Shown: piece after piece, positions 29,531 to 40,400 of the stretch | Layout of the letters: the number at the start of each line of letters is the position of its first letter | Position numbering within the stretch: position 1 is the first letter of the stretch | IMG/VR virus record: IMGVR_UViG_3300008117_000029 | Coordinates: 62,001 to 126,000 of that record | Strand: one strand, 5' to 3' | DNA length: 64,000 bases | From: an uncultured virus (IMG/VR IMGVR_UViG_3300008117_000029) | Lineage: Duplodnaviria; Heunggongvirae; Uroviricota; Caudoviricetes | Program-made: the position numbers and the translations under genes | Notes under the pieces: model-generated | Told to the model about the DNA's origin: nothing | Databases searched by the model: none | The model's input: only the letters and a program-made list of their open reading frames with translations

Positions 29531-30439
29531 ATGGCAATTGGCTCATATGGCACGATAAGACCTTCAGATGTTTCACCAGAAGATGTTGAAATCATAATGA
29601 ATTATACCCCGACAAGAGACGCCACAGATAACTTCGTTTTAAGTAAACTCGATGCTCAAACAATATTGAGACCATATTTCGAAAACACTGAAACAGGAGG
29701 AAACTCAGGGGTTGAAGTAATAGGAGGATTATATAATCTAACTCTTCCTGCAAATCAGTTCAATGCTTTGGGAATCTATACTCTATATTTGAGACCAGCT
29801 CAGATAAGAACAATAATCACAGATTGTGGTGTTTTAAGTGCATTACCTAATGTCAAAGGACTTGTGATTGACTTAAACAACGTTGACCCACAATTCCTTA
29901 ACAAATTTGTTCCACAAGGGTTGGTGGGATTCAGAATCGAATATCTTAATCCTGATGGTTCGAAGATTCCAAACTTCTTCAGAGTTGTAACTTCTTGTTT
30001 CTACTGTGAGGCGGTGGTTGCAAATGAGGTTAATACATCTCAAAAGTCAATCAGATATAGATACGTTGATAACAATTCTAACTTGTTATTCCTGACGGTA
30101 TCACCATCTTCATCACCAACAAACAGACCAAATGCAACACCGTATATTGGACAACCTGACCAAGGAATAATAATAACAAACACCTTTTTCAATCCTGTAA
30201 CTGTTGAAATTGAAATGGTCGAATACGATATATCATCTCTTGCAATTGCACTTTATGGTAATCAAACCAAATCTATCGACGATGGAATCTACACCATCTA
30301 TGATAGTCAAAATAACATTTACAGACAGTATAACTTGTATGAAATTAGAGACCAATTCAATGCATTATTATATGAGGTTAGACAGAACAGAGGTGATAAT
30401 ATTGATTTCAGTAAGAATTTTACATCAATTACTAGTTAA
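29531..30439 (+). CDS. Putative structural protein (302 aa)
   Basis: Preceded by TATTTATA; TAATG-coupled to the gpI-like gene. Confidence 0.6.
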   Translation: MAIGSYGTIRPSDVSPEDVEIIMNYTPTRDATDNFVLSKLDAQTILRPYFENTETGGNSGVEVIGGLYNLTLPANQFNALGIYTLYLRPAQIRTIITDCGVLSALPNVKGLVIDLNNVDPQFLNKFVPQGLVGFRIEYLNPDGSKIPNFFRVVTSCFYCEAVVANEVNTSQKSIRYRYVDNNSNLLFLTVSPSSSPTNRPNATPYIGQPDQGIIITNTFFNPVTVEIEMVEYDISSLAIALYGNQTKSIDDGIYTIYDSQNNIYRQYNLYEIRDQFNALLYEVRQNRGDNIDFSKNFTSITS

Positions 30440-33417
30440 TGGCGACATCAAGAAGAACAACTAAATTTTTCTATCCGCCAAGACCAGGAAGTGGGGCGGC
30501 TACCTTCTCTGACAATATTGTAGGATTGCAGACAGTTGAAGGGGGCGGTCTCACGCAAGGTAACTTCGAATTCACAACTTCTATTGTGGAGAAAGTGAAT
30601 CGTAGATTTAATGTTGGTGCTTTTTCGGAGCCTATAGATTTGGATTATCTTGATGTTGATACACTTGCTGAGAGTAGAAGAATTCAAGCGACTCAATTCA
30701 GGGTTTACCCGAACTATGATTTGTCTCAGGTTACAAATTTCACATTATATGGTTCACTATCAAAAAGATTTCAAGTATCAATTACTCATATTATAAGTGT
30801 ATTTCCTGCTTCTTTAGATATTCAATTTTTGAACGATGATTTCCTAACTGGATTTACAGCACAGAATGTCGCGTATGACCCGATTTATGATGAAACAAGT
30901 TTTGAAGTAAGTGTTAATAGAATCAAAAACCCATTTGACGTTGATTATTCTGTAAGTGCGGCCACAAACCTAAACATGAGAGAAATTGGTGTGTCACCTT
31001 ATAGGAATCTCTACAATACTTACTTAGATTACTGCGTATCAATCAATGATGATATTTTCAAAGTTATTTCATTTACACCCTCTCAAACATTATCAAGTGG
31101 TATAATCAAATTCACTGTTTCCGGTGCACCTTTTGGACAAACCGCAACAACAAGTATTCAAGAGTATCAAATAAGACCGAATGATTTCATAGTTGACAGA
31201 ATTTTTGCTGAGAGTTTGGATGAGGTTGAAAAGTTTCTGATGAATAGATTGGTTAGACCTGAATACACAGCTGTGTTCCAAATACCACAGCAAACGGAAG
31301 GGGGTCAGTTTTATACAAACAACCAATCTGTAACATGGCCTAAGGACGGTCCATGGAATTTAGATATTCGTTCTTTCTTATTCGAAGAGTATTTGACACA
31401 ATTGGAAACAATTGCGGTAAATCTTGATTCATATAAAACAAATTTAATTTCAAGATTTTTTGTTTCAGATTCATTGAAAGAATTTGATACATTAGGAAGG
31501 AAAGCCGAAAAGATTTTTCAAATTTACGGAAGAAGTTTTGACCAAGTCAAAAACTTCATCGACGCTTTAGCGTTTATGAACTCTGTAAATTATAATGTTG
31601 GTAATGACATCCCATCTCAATTGTTAGTTAACCTATCTCAAACCTTGGGATGGAGTTCAAATTTTTCACCTATTACTGATACGGACTTTTTAGATTCGAT
31701 TTTTGGAAATACACAAACACCTTCATATCCAGGTTATGCGAGAGCCCTTACACCAACTGAAATCAACTACGCATTTTATAGGAATTTGATTCTCAACTCA
31801 GCATACCTTTTCAAATCAAAAGGAACGAGACGAAGTGTTGAGTTTATGATGAGATTGATTGGTGCACCCGAGTCGTTAATAGAATTCAACGAGCACATCT
31901 ATTTGGCTGACCAAAAAATCAACATGGAACAGTTCGACACACAATATGCGGCCATAACAGGTGGAACTTATGTTCAAAACACACCGGCTTATCTACCAGG
32001 TTCTACATATAAAATAAAAGGAAAAACCTTTACAGCCTTCACAACTGTTGACACCTATCAAGATGTTCAGATAAATCTAGATGATTATCCAATAGACGCT
32101 CAAGGATTTCCTAAGGCTCCCGTAAATACGGAATCTTATTTCTTCCAATTGGGTGCTGGTTGGTATGAAAGCACACCACAACATAGAAGTCCAGATGAGG
32201 TTCAAATTACAGGACAAATCTATACAGGTCAGAACTACGATATTCAAACTCAACTACAACCATTTACATATGGTCAAAAATATCTCGATAGGTTCAGAGA
32301 TTTTCCTTATATGACCGAGGGATTCAAACTTAAAAAAGTTGTTGACAATAATAAGTCGTGGCTTGAAGAGGATGACAAGATAAGAGTTTCAAGGGATGCT
32401 AATTTCAACGCTTATTATTATGCGGACAATGAAAAACTCGTATTGAATGTTAAAAACATAGATTTGTTTTTGAATGCTTCACAAGGACTTGTTTACGACG
32501 TTTGGGTTTCTTCAAGAAAATACGACTACCCGATTCCTGAATCAGGTCTGACAATTGGATATCCAGTTCCAGGTGGAGTCGACTCAACTTTTATCAAACC
32601 CGAACCAAAAAAGAAAACATTCTTCGAATTCTACCAAACTTTTTGGGAGAATATGATTAATACTAGAAACAGACAATATATCACTGATGGTAAAACAGGA
32701 GGATATCCAACTCTTCAATCGGTTTGGTGGAAGTATATCCAATCAGAACAAACAGTGGGTATACCAAACAACAAATATACGTATCAAAAACTAATCGACT
32801 ACATCAACGGATTGGGTCCGTGGTGGATGAAGTTAGTAGAGCAAATGATACCTGCAACCACAATATGGAATACAGGTTCAAGACTCGAAAACTCAATACT
32901 ACACAGACAAAAATACGTTTATAGAAGACAAAGAGGTTGTGAAATAATTCCTGTGCCAGTTGAGCCTTGTTTTATAATAACAAACATTTTTGATTACACA
33001 TGTCAAACAGAATATGTTGACTTCAACATATATCCTTGGTTAAATGGTGATACAAATGTATCAAACTTCCAATCGATTTTAGCAAATAGACTAAACATAA
33101 TGCTCGAAGCACAAGTATTAACCTTAAACGATTGTGTTCAAAGTTCAGTTGAAACAAATTGGTATGTTGATTTGGAAATTGCGGGACAAAAAATTATACA
33201 ACAACCTTTCTACACAGGGTATGGATTCACGGATGTTCCAACAAATTCAAATTGGAGAAATGCTTTGATTCAATATCTACCAGCAGTCTACGATTATGGG
33301 TTTACATATTTCCTAAATGGAAATAATTTATCAATAACTAATTCGACATGCACACCAAGAAACATGAATGAAACAGTCAAACTAAACGTATGTATTAACA
33401 TAAGCATAAATTGTTAA
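30439..33417 (+). CDS. Baseplate wedge protein, T4 gp7 / P2 gpI-like
   Basis: LLVNLSQTLGW...AYLFKSKGTRRSVEFMMRLIG matches the KGT-containing motif of Tail_P2_I-type proteins. Confidence 0.6.
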   Translation: MATSRRTTKFFYPPRPGSGAATFSDNIVGLQTVEGGGLTQGNFEFTTSIVEKVNRRFNVGAFSEPIDLDYLDVDTLAESRRIQATQFRVYPNYDLSQVTNFTLYGSLSKRFQVSITHIISVFPASLDIQFLNDDFLTGFTAQNVAYDPIYDETSFEVSVNRIKNPFDVDYSVSAATNLNMREIGVSPYRNLYNTYLDYCVSINDDIFKVISFTPSQTLSSGIIKFTVSGAPFGQTATTSIQEYQIRPNDFIVDRIFAESLDEVEKFLMNRLVRPEYTAVFQIPQQTEGGQFYTNNQSVTWPKDGPWNLDIRSFLFEEYLTQLETIAVNLDSYKTNLISRFFVSDSLKEFDTLGRKAEKIFQIYGRSFDQVKNFIDALAFMNSVNYNVGNDIPSQLLVNLSQTLGWSSNFSPITDTDFLDSIFGNTQTPSYPGYARALTPTEINYAFYRNLILNSAYLFKSKGTRRSVEFMMRLIGAPESLIEFNEHIYLADQKINMEQFDTQYAAITGGTYVQNTPAYLPGSTYKIKGKTFTAFTTVDTYQDVQINLDDYPIDAQGFPKAPVNTESYFFQLGAGWYESTPQHRSPDEVQITGQIYTGQNYDIQTQLQPFTYGQKYLDRFRDFPYMTEGFKLKKVVDNNKSWLEEDDKIRVSRDANFNAYYYADNEKLVLNVKNIDLFLNASQGLVYDVWVSSRKYDYPIPESGLTIGYPVPGGVDSTFIKPEPKKKTFFEFYQTFWENMINTRNRQYITDGKTGGYPTLQSVWWKYIQSEQTVGIPNNKYTYQKLIDYINGLGPWWMKLVEQMIPATTIWNTGSRLENSILHRQKYVYRRQRGCEIIPVPVEPCFIITNIFDYTCQTEYVDFNIYPWLNGDTNVSNFQSILANRLNIMLEAQVLTLNDCVQSSVETNWYVDLEIAGQKIIQQPFYTGYGFTDVPTNSNWRNALIQYLPAVYDYGFTYFLNGNNLSITNSTCTPRNMNETVKLNVCINISINC

Positions 33418-33422
33418 ATTGA

Positions 33423-35561
33423 ATGGCATTATTTGATTATACATTATTAGTAACAGGGGATTGTCAAAATAACGGAAGCGGTGCATTCCAAATCTCTTTC
33501 TCAGGTGGTATAGAACCATATACCGTCCAATTTGTTGACCCTTATTATCCGACGGTTACATTAGCTGAAAATGCGCCAGTAACCAAATCAGGATTATTTA
33601 GTTCAGTCGTCCTAATGACTGTGAATGATAGCACTTTACCAACAAATCAAGAAATTAATGTTAACATACCTATTTCGAGTGGAGTGTGTTGTAGTGTTCT
33701 CGGTGTTCAGAACACCACTTGTGCTGAAAACAATGGTTCTGTTACTGGTTCCTCTAATACGATTTATTCTTCTGCAAATTATTCTGTCTTCTCAGGTGAC
33801 GGAACACTTGTTCAAACTTTCCTTTCAAGCAACCCAACCGTAATTTTTGAAAATCTTTCGGCCGGAACATATTACTTGGCCGTTAGTGATTTAGGTGGAT
33901 GCTCAGGTTTTAGCCAAAGTTTTATCGTTGAACAATCTCTTCTCACCAACTACGGTTTATATTCCATACCTAATTCGAGTTGTGGAGGAACCCCGATTGG
34001 TAAGATAATGGTCACGGGACTAACGGGACAAGGACCTTTTACTTATTTGTGGTCTAATGGTCAGACAGGTGCAACTGCAACAGGATTGACTGAAGGATTA
34101 TATTCGGTTGAAGTTAAAGATGGTTTTGGTTGTGTAAACATAAAAGATGCTGCTGTCGTCAACGTCGACCAAATGGGTGCGTTTTTCACAACAGAAACCA
34201 ATCCAAGTTGTTTCCAAAGCGATGGCTCAATTACTCTCACAATAACAGGTGGAAGTCAACCATATTATTACTCCGCGTCAACAGGCCAAGTTCTCATATC
34301 ATATGCTCAAGATTTTACGATATCAGGATTATCTGCTGGTGATTACAATTTCTCAGTCACAGATGCTGGACTGTGTCAAATATTCACGGGGACTACTTTA
34401 CTAACACCAAACGGGATGAGTTCTGTAAGTGTTGTTGGAACTAATTCTTATTGTTCAAGTAATGATGGATTGATAACTGTCACAGTTATAGGAGGACAAG
34501 GTCCCTTTACCTACACCTTGGTTGGCGACGGAGGAAACCAAAAAATTATTGTAGGACAACAACAAATTCAAACCTTTGAGAATTTATCTGCGGACACTTA
34601 CTCAGTATTTGTTGAGGATTCTACAGGATGCCAATTTAGTCAAGAAGTGATAATATTGGCAATTAATAAATTCACACTTTCAACAGAAATCACAGGAACA
34701 ACGTGTAATCAAAACAACGGAAGTGTAAGAATTACTACATCACCAGGATATACTCTACCATTGGATTATTCAGTTGATGGAATATTGAATGTTGTTGATA
34801 CAAATTTAACAGCGGTAACATTTAATAACTTAACTTTTGGAAACCATGTTGTTACTGTTACTGACTCAACGGGATGTCAACAAACTCAAACAATTTTCAT
34901 CCCAAAAGGAGACAACTTAGATTTTAGTTTATATAGTATTAATTGTGGCTCAGGAAACGATGGTCAAATTACCGCATTCATCACTTCGGGCACACCACCA
35001 TTCCAATTCAATTGGTCAAATAACGTCCCATCTAACCCTCAACAAATTGAAGTTTACAATTTGACAGGAGGAACATACAGTCTTTCTATTGTTGATGCAA
35101 ATGGATGTTCACTTTCACGCTCAACAACAATTACCTGTGACACCAACTATACATCTTATCAGTGTTATGTTATGGGAGAAGAAATCTTTAACATAGATTC
35201 CCCAACTAAACTCGGTTTACTACAAATGTTAAACGAGGGTTACGCTGATTTGACGCAAGACAATACAAACTGTGATTTGATTTCTGCAATATTCACAGCT
35301 AAAGTCAATGTCAACCCAGCGGGGTTGAGTGCATCAAGCACTTTCTTCACAGCAACGACTCTGAACAATCCGCCGGGTGATAATTTATGGTATGATACTA
35401 TAAAGAGTCTACTACTTTCCATACCAGGAATTTTGACTGTAACAATAGACCAAATAAACAACCAAATAACAATTGCAACTAACCCGGCAAACAATTCATT
35501 GAATGGTCAAGAAATTGTTGTGGAGTTGTCGATTGTTTATGATATAATTTGTTTAACATAA
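33423..35561 (+). CDS. SprB-repeat-containing putative adhesin / virion surface protein
   Basis: Several C..DGSITLTITGG..PY.Y.W...GL..G.Y.V.V.D..GC units resembling Bacteroidota SprB repeats. Confidence 0.7.
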   Translation: MALFDYTLLVTGDCQNNGSGAFQISFSGGIEPYTVQFVDPYYPTVTLAENAPVTKSGLFSSVVLMTVNDSTLPTNQEINVNIPISSGVCCSVLGVQNTTCAENNGSVTGSSNTIYSSANYSVFSGDGTLVQTFLSSNPTVIFENLSAGTYYLAVSDLGGCSGFSQSFIVEQSLLTNYGLYSIPNSSCGGTPIGKIMVTGLTGQGPFTYLWSNGQTGATATGLTEGLYSVEVKDGFGCVNIKDAAVVNVDQMGAFFTTETNPSCFQSDGSITLTITGGSQPYYYSASTGQVLISYAQDFTISGLSAGDYNFSVTDAGLCQIFTGTTLLTPNGMSSVSVVGTNSYCSSNDGLITVTVIGGQGPFTYTLVGDGGNQKIIVGQQQIQTFENLSADTYSVFVEDSTGCQFSQEVIILAINKFTLSTEITGTTCNQNNGSVRITTSPGYTLPLDYSVDGILNVVDTNLTAVTFNNLTFGNHVVTVTDSTGCQQTQTIFIPKGDNLDFSLYSINCGSGNDGQITAFITSGTPPFQFNWSNNVPSNPQQIEVYNLTGGTYSLSIVDANGCSLSRSTTITCDTNYTSYQCYVMGEEIFNIDSPTKLGLLQMLNEGYADLTQDNTNCDLISAIFTAKVNVNPAGLSASSTFFTATTLNNPPGDNLWYDTIKSLLLSIPGILTVTIDQINNQITIATNPANNSLNGQEIVVELSIVYDIICLT

Positions 35562-35887
35562 TGGTTCAGGTAAGAATAACAGAAATCACAGGGGGCACTT
35601 TTCCAATACAAGCTTTTATATCCGACATATACGGAAATAATCAGTTTTTACTTGGTACAATTAGTGGAGTTCCACCAACTGTTTATTACAATACAACTAT
35701 TCCTACAATATTTCAGACCGCACCTGAAATCATGTTACGTTTGGTTGATGCAAATGGATGTGAGTCAGTAAAAATACTAGATTGTACATTTGGTTGTACT
35801 TTCAATATTACAGTTGAGCTCGAGAGTTGTGTTGTAAATATAGACATTCAAAATGCTGTATGTGGATTCAATATTATTTGTACATGA
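35561..35887 (+). CDS. Small Cys-containing protein, paralogous to 53178-53396 and to the N-terminus of 53393-54733
   Basis: ATG 35561 (TAATG overlap); MVQVRITEITGGTFP...IMLRLVDANGC. Confidence 0.65.
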   Translation: MVQVRITEITGGTFPIQAFISDIYGNNQFLLGTISGVPPTVYYNTTIPTIFQTAPEIMLRLVDANGCESVKILDCTFGCTFNITVELESCVVNIDIQNAVCGFNIICT

Positions 35888-35938
35888 TAAAGTATTTAAT
35901 AATTTTTCGTTTCGAGATATTCAAATAGATAATCGTGG

Positions 35939-35946
35939 TATTTATT
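35939..35946 (+). promoter_or_regulatory. TATTTATT motif, candidate late promoter
   Basis: 13 nt before ATG 35960. Confidence 0.5.
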
Positions 35947-35959
35947 AAAAAAACCGCGG

Positions 35960-37447
35960 ATGTCCCTTTATAATATTTTTTGTGTCAATACTGCTGAAGG
36001 TTGTAATACAGTAGTTACGCAACAGGTCTCGGTTACGGGATGTGTCACTTACATTGTAAGATTATCTCAGAATTCTAATGCCTTAGGTCCATTCGATATC
36101 TATTATGGGACTTCGACCTACCTTTCAGCCGCAACTCTTTATGCCTCTGCACAGACAAGAACCGAAATGTTCAACGGAGTTGTTATTACATTTGAATGCG
36201 TTACCCCTACACCTACACCTACTCCTACTGTAACACCTACGTTTACACCTACACCAACAAATACAGGAACCCCTAATTCTACACCTACAGAAACACCAAC
36301 AACAACACAGACTCCAACAACTTCAGAGACTCCAACACAAACTCCAACTGAAACTCAGACACAAACACCAACTCCAAGTATAACTGCAAGCCCTGGTCAA
36401 ACACCAACTGCAACAGAATCGCCGACCCCAACACAAACGGAGACACCAACAACAACTCCTACACCGACCCCTTCTACTTCTGAAACTCCTACACCAACAC
36501 AGACGGGAACTCCAACCGAAACCCCATCACAAACACCTACAGAATCACCTACCGCAACACCTGGTGAGACACCAACTCAAACTCCAACTGAAACTAACAC
36601 ACCAACACCATCTGTAACACCAAGCGAGACGCCTACAGAGACTCCAACCCCAACAAATACTGAGACTCCAACACAAACACCTACGCAAACTGAAACTCCA
36701 ACCGCAACACCGACAACAACACCTACAGCTTCAAGAGCATATTGGGAATATTCATTAGGTTATGATTTATCTAGCTCATTAACATCGTGTGGTAATTTTT
36801 ACTCATCACCAACTAACTTCTACAGTGGACCTGGAGATGGACCTGGACCTAACATTGGGGAAACTTTATATACTGATTCGGCTCTTACAACACCAGCACC
36901 TGACGGATACTATTCCAACGGTGTTGCTTGGTATAGAGTTACAGGCGGAGCAGGTCTAATCACAAGTTCGGACCCTAACGGATGTTTGATATCTCCGACT
37001 CCTACTCCAACAGAAACTAACACACCAACTCCAACAGAAACTAACACACCAACTCCAACAGAAACTAATACACCAACCCCTTCGTTTACTCCTTCACCAA
37101 CAGCAACTCCATCCGTATTTGAGATTTTAATTATAACTCAAGATGGTCAAGAATTAATTGCTCAAAATGGTGACCCAATTGGTGCTCAACAAGAAATTAC
37201 ATCATTCTTAGTTTCATCAGGGGAAACAACACAACCAATATGTATAGACCCACAAACGTTGGGTCAAACAATTTACAGTCCATCGAATGATTGGTATAGT
37301 GCAACGAGATTCTTTGCAGACAGTTCATTCAATACGCCTTTCAACGGGAATAATTATTGGTATACCAACAGCACCGACTCTCTCACAGGATATTGGCAAA
37401 TAGATAGTGATGGATTTGTTGTCGGAGGACTATGGCAACCATGTTAA
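35960..37447 (+). CDS. Mucin-like Thr/Pro-repeat protein with small globular modules (putative virion surface protein)
   Basis: ~175-residue TPTxTPT tract, a second shorter tract, and the module [22 protein letters not shown]. Confidence 0.7.
   Translation: MSLYNIFCVNTAEGCNTVVTQQVSVTGCVTYIVRLSQNSNALGPFDIYYGTSTYLSAATLYASAQTRTEMFNGVVITFECVTPTPTPTPTVTPTFTPTPTNTGTPNSTPTETPTTTQTPTTSETPTQTPTETQTQTPTPSITASPGQTPTATESPTPTQTETPTTTPTPTPSTSETPTPTQTGTPTETPSQTPTESPTATPGETPTQTPTETNTPTPSVTPSETPTETPTPTNTETPTQTPTQTETPTATPTTTPTASRAYWEYSLGYDLSSSLTSCGNFYSSPTNFYSGPGDGPGPNIGETLYTDSALTTPAPDGYYSNGVAWYRVTGGAGLITSSDPNGCLISPTPTPTETNTPTPTETNTPTPTETNTPTPSFTPSPTATPSVFEILIITQDGQELIAQNGDPIGAQQEITSFLVSSGETTQPICIDPQTLGQTIYSPSNDWYSATRFFADSSFNTPFNGNNYWYTNSTDSLTGYWQIDSDGFVVGGLWQPC
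37004..37075 (+). repeat. 24-nt tandem repeat x3 (TPTETNTP)
   Basis: ACTCCAACAGAAACTAACACACCA three times, one mismatch in copy 3. Confidence 0.85.
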
Positions 37448-37473
37448 ACCAAATAAAAAAGATTAATAGAAAA

Positions 37474-37481
37474 TATTTATA
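37474..37481 (+). promoter_or_regulatory. TATTTATA motif, candidate late promoter
   Basis: 4 nt before ATG 37486. Confidence 0.55.
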
Positions 37482-37485
37482 AGCT

Positions 37486-40400
37486 ATGGCAACAACAAGA
37501 ATAACGGATTTACCTATAGTCCTATCGGCAGCCCCAGACGATAGGTTATATATAGTTACAGACTATACTGGAGGCACATCAGGAACTTCGGGGCAAATTA
37601 CGTTTTCAGCCTTGACGGAAAGTATAACAGGAGGAACATCAGGGACTAGTGGAACATCTGGTTCAAGTGGTTCATCAGGAATCGACGGGACTTCTGGCTC
37701 AAGTGGTATCAACGGAACTTCTGGTTCGAGTGGAACATCTGGGGTAGATGGCACTTCAGGAACAAGTGGTTTAGACGGAACATCAGGCTCTTCTGGAACT
37801 AGCGGAATAGACGGAACATCAGGAACTAGTGGAATTGATGGAACTTCAGGAACAAGCGGATTAGACGGAACATCCGGAACTTCTGGTTCGAGTGGAACAT
37901 CTGGAATAGATGGCACTTCAGGAACAAGTGGAGTAGACGGAACGTCTGGTTCAAGTGGCATAGATGGAACCTCAGGAACTAGTGGAATTGATGGAACCTC
38001 AGGAACTAGTGGAATTGATGGGACATCAGGAACAAGTGGATTAGATGGAACATCTGGTTCTTCTGGAACAAGCGGTTTAGACGGAACATCAGGGACTAGT
38101 GGAATTGATGGGACATCAGGAACAAGTGGAATTGATGGGACATCAGGTTCTTCAGGTTCATCTGGTTCTAGTGGAACAGATGGTTCTTCAGGAACTAGTG
38201 GAACATCAGGTTCATCTGGTTCCAGTGGAACAGATGGAACATCAGGAACTAGCGGAATAGACGGAACATCTGGGACTAGCGGAATAGACGGAACATCTGG
38301 GACTAGCGGAATAGACGGAACATCTGGAACTTCAGGAATTAGTGGAACTTCAGGCTCAAGTGGTTCGTCGGGAACAAGTGGAACATCAGGTTCATCAGGA
38401 ACAAGTGGTATCGATGGAACATCAGGTTCATCAGGAACAAGTGGTATCGATGGAACTTCAGGAACTAGTGGTATTGATGGAACTTCAGGAACAAGCGGAT
38501 TAGATGGAACTTCTGGAACAAGTGGTATCGATGGAACATCAGGTTCTTCAGGAACTAGTGGTATTGATGGAACTTCAGGAACTAGTGGTATTGATGGAAC
38601 TTCAGGAACTAGCGGAACATCAGGTTCAAGTGGTTCTTCAGGAACTAGCGGAATGGACGGAACTTCAGGAACTAGTGGAACATCGGGTTCATCTGGTAGC
38701 TCAGGTTCTTCAGGCACAAGTGGAACATCAGGTTCATCTGGTTCTAGTGGAACAGATGGTTCTTCAGGAACTAGTGGAACATCAGGTTCATCTGGTTCCA
38801 GTGGAACAGATGGTTCTTCAGGAACTAGTGGAACATCAGGTTCATCTGGTAGCTCAGGTTCTTCAGGCTCAAGTGGAACAGACGGTAGTTCAGGAACTAG
38901 CGGAATAGACGGCACTTCAGGAACAAGTGGGACATCAGGTTCAAGTGGTTCTTCAGGCACAAGTGGAACATCAGGTTCTTCTGGAACAAGTGGGACAGAC
39001 GGCACTTCGGGAACTAGTGGAACTTCAGGTTCATCTGGCTCAAGTGGGACAGACGGCACTTCGGGAACTAGCGGAACCTCAGGTTCAAGTGGTTCATCAG
39101 GAACTAGTGGAACATCAGGTTCATCTGGTAGCTCAGGTTCTTCAGGCTCAAGTGGAACAGATGGTAGTTCAGGAACAAGTGGAACATCAGGTTCATCTGG
39201 TAGCTCAGGTTCTTCAGGCACAAGTGGAACATCAGGTTCATCTGGTAGCTCAGGTTCTTCAGGCTCAAGTGGAACATCAGGTTCTTCTGGAACTAGTGGA
39301 ATAGACGGAACATCAGGTTCAAGTGGTTCTTCAGGGACTGATGGGACATCAGGCTCGAGTGGTTCTAGTGGATTAAGTGGAGTAAACGGAACATCAGGAA
39401 CAAGTGGCTCATCTGGAACTTCAGGTTCATCAGGAACATCTCCATTCAAAGGAGCTTATGTATCGGGAACAACTTATATGGATGGCGATATGGTTATAGA
39501 TGGTTTATTTTCATACCAATCAACTATAAATAATAATACAAATGAACCATCTTCACTTAGTGGTTGGATTTTATTAAATGGCCTTGATGGTTCATCAGGA
39601 AGTTCGGGAACAAGTGGTTCTTCAGGAATAAGTGGAACTGATGGAACATCAGGAACAAGCGGAACTTCAGGTTCGAGCGGTTCATCTGGTTCATCAGGGA
39701 CAAGTGGAACATCTGGTTCATCAGGAACATCTGGTTCTTCGGGTAGCTCAGGTTCATCAGGAACATCTGGAACAGATGGGACATCTGGAACAAGTGGAAC
39801 ATCAGGTTCTTCGGGAAGTTCAGGTTCATCTGGGACTAGCGGAACATCTGGCTCTTCAGGAACATCGGGTTCAAGCGGAAGTTCAGGCTCGAGTGGGACA
39901 TCTGGAACAAATGGAACATCAGGAACTAGTGGGACTTCAGGTTCAAGTGGTTCATCTGGTTCTTCAGGGACAAGTGGAACTTCAGGTTCTTCAGGTAGTT
40001 CAGGAACAAGTGGAACTTCAGGTTCATCAGGTTCGAGTGGTTCTTCAGGAACATCTGGAACAGATGGAACATCTGGGACGAGTGGAACTTCAGGTTCATC
40101 AGGAAGTTCAGGTTCATCTGGAACTAGCGGAACATCTGGTTCATCAGGAACTAGCGGAACATCGGGTTCATCTGGTTCGAGTGGCTCATCAGGAACATCT
40201 GGAACGAACGGAACATCTGGAACATCAGGAATTAGTGCACAATACAGTGGAACTTCAACAACATCAATTGATTTATCAACACTAACGTTAAGTGCTAATA
40301 CTTCTTTAACAACAAGCACTGGTTTATCATATACAATTGCACAACATCTTATTGTTTCTAATTCATTAGCAAATCACTTCCATGGAGATGTTGTAAGTTA

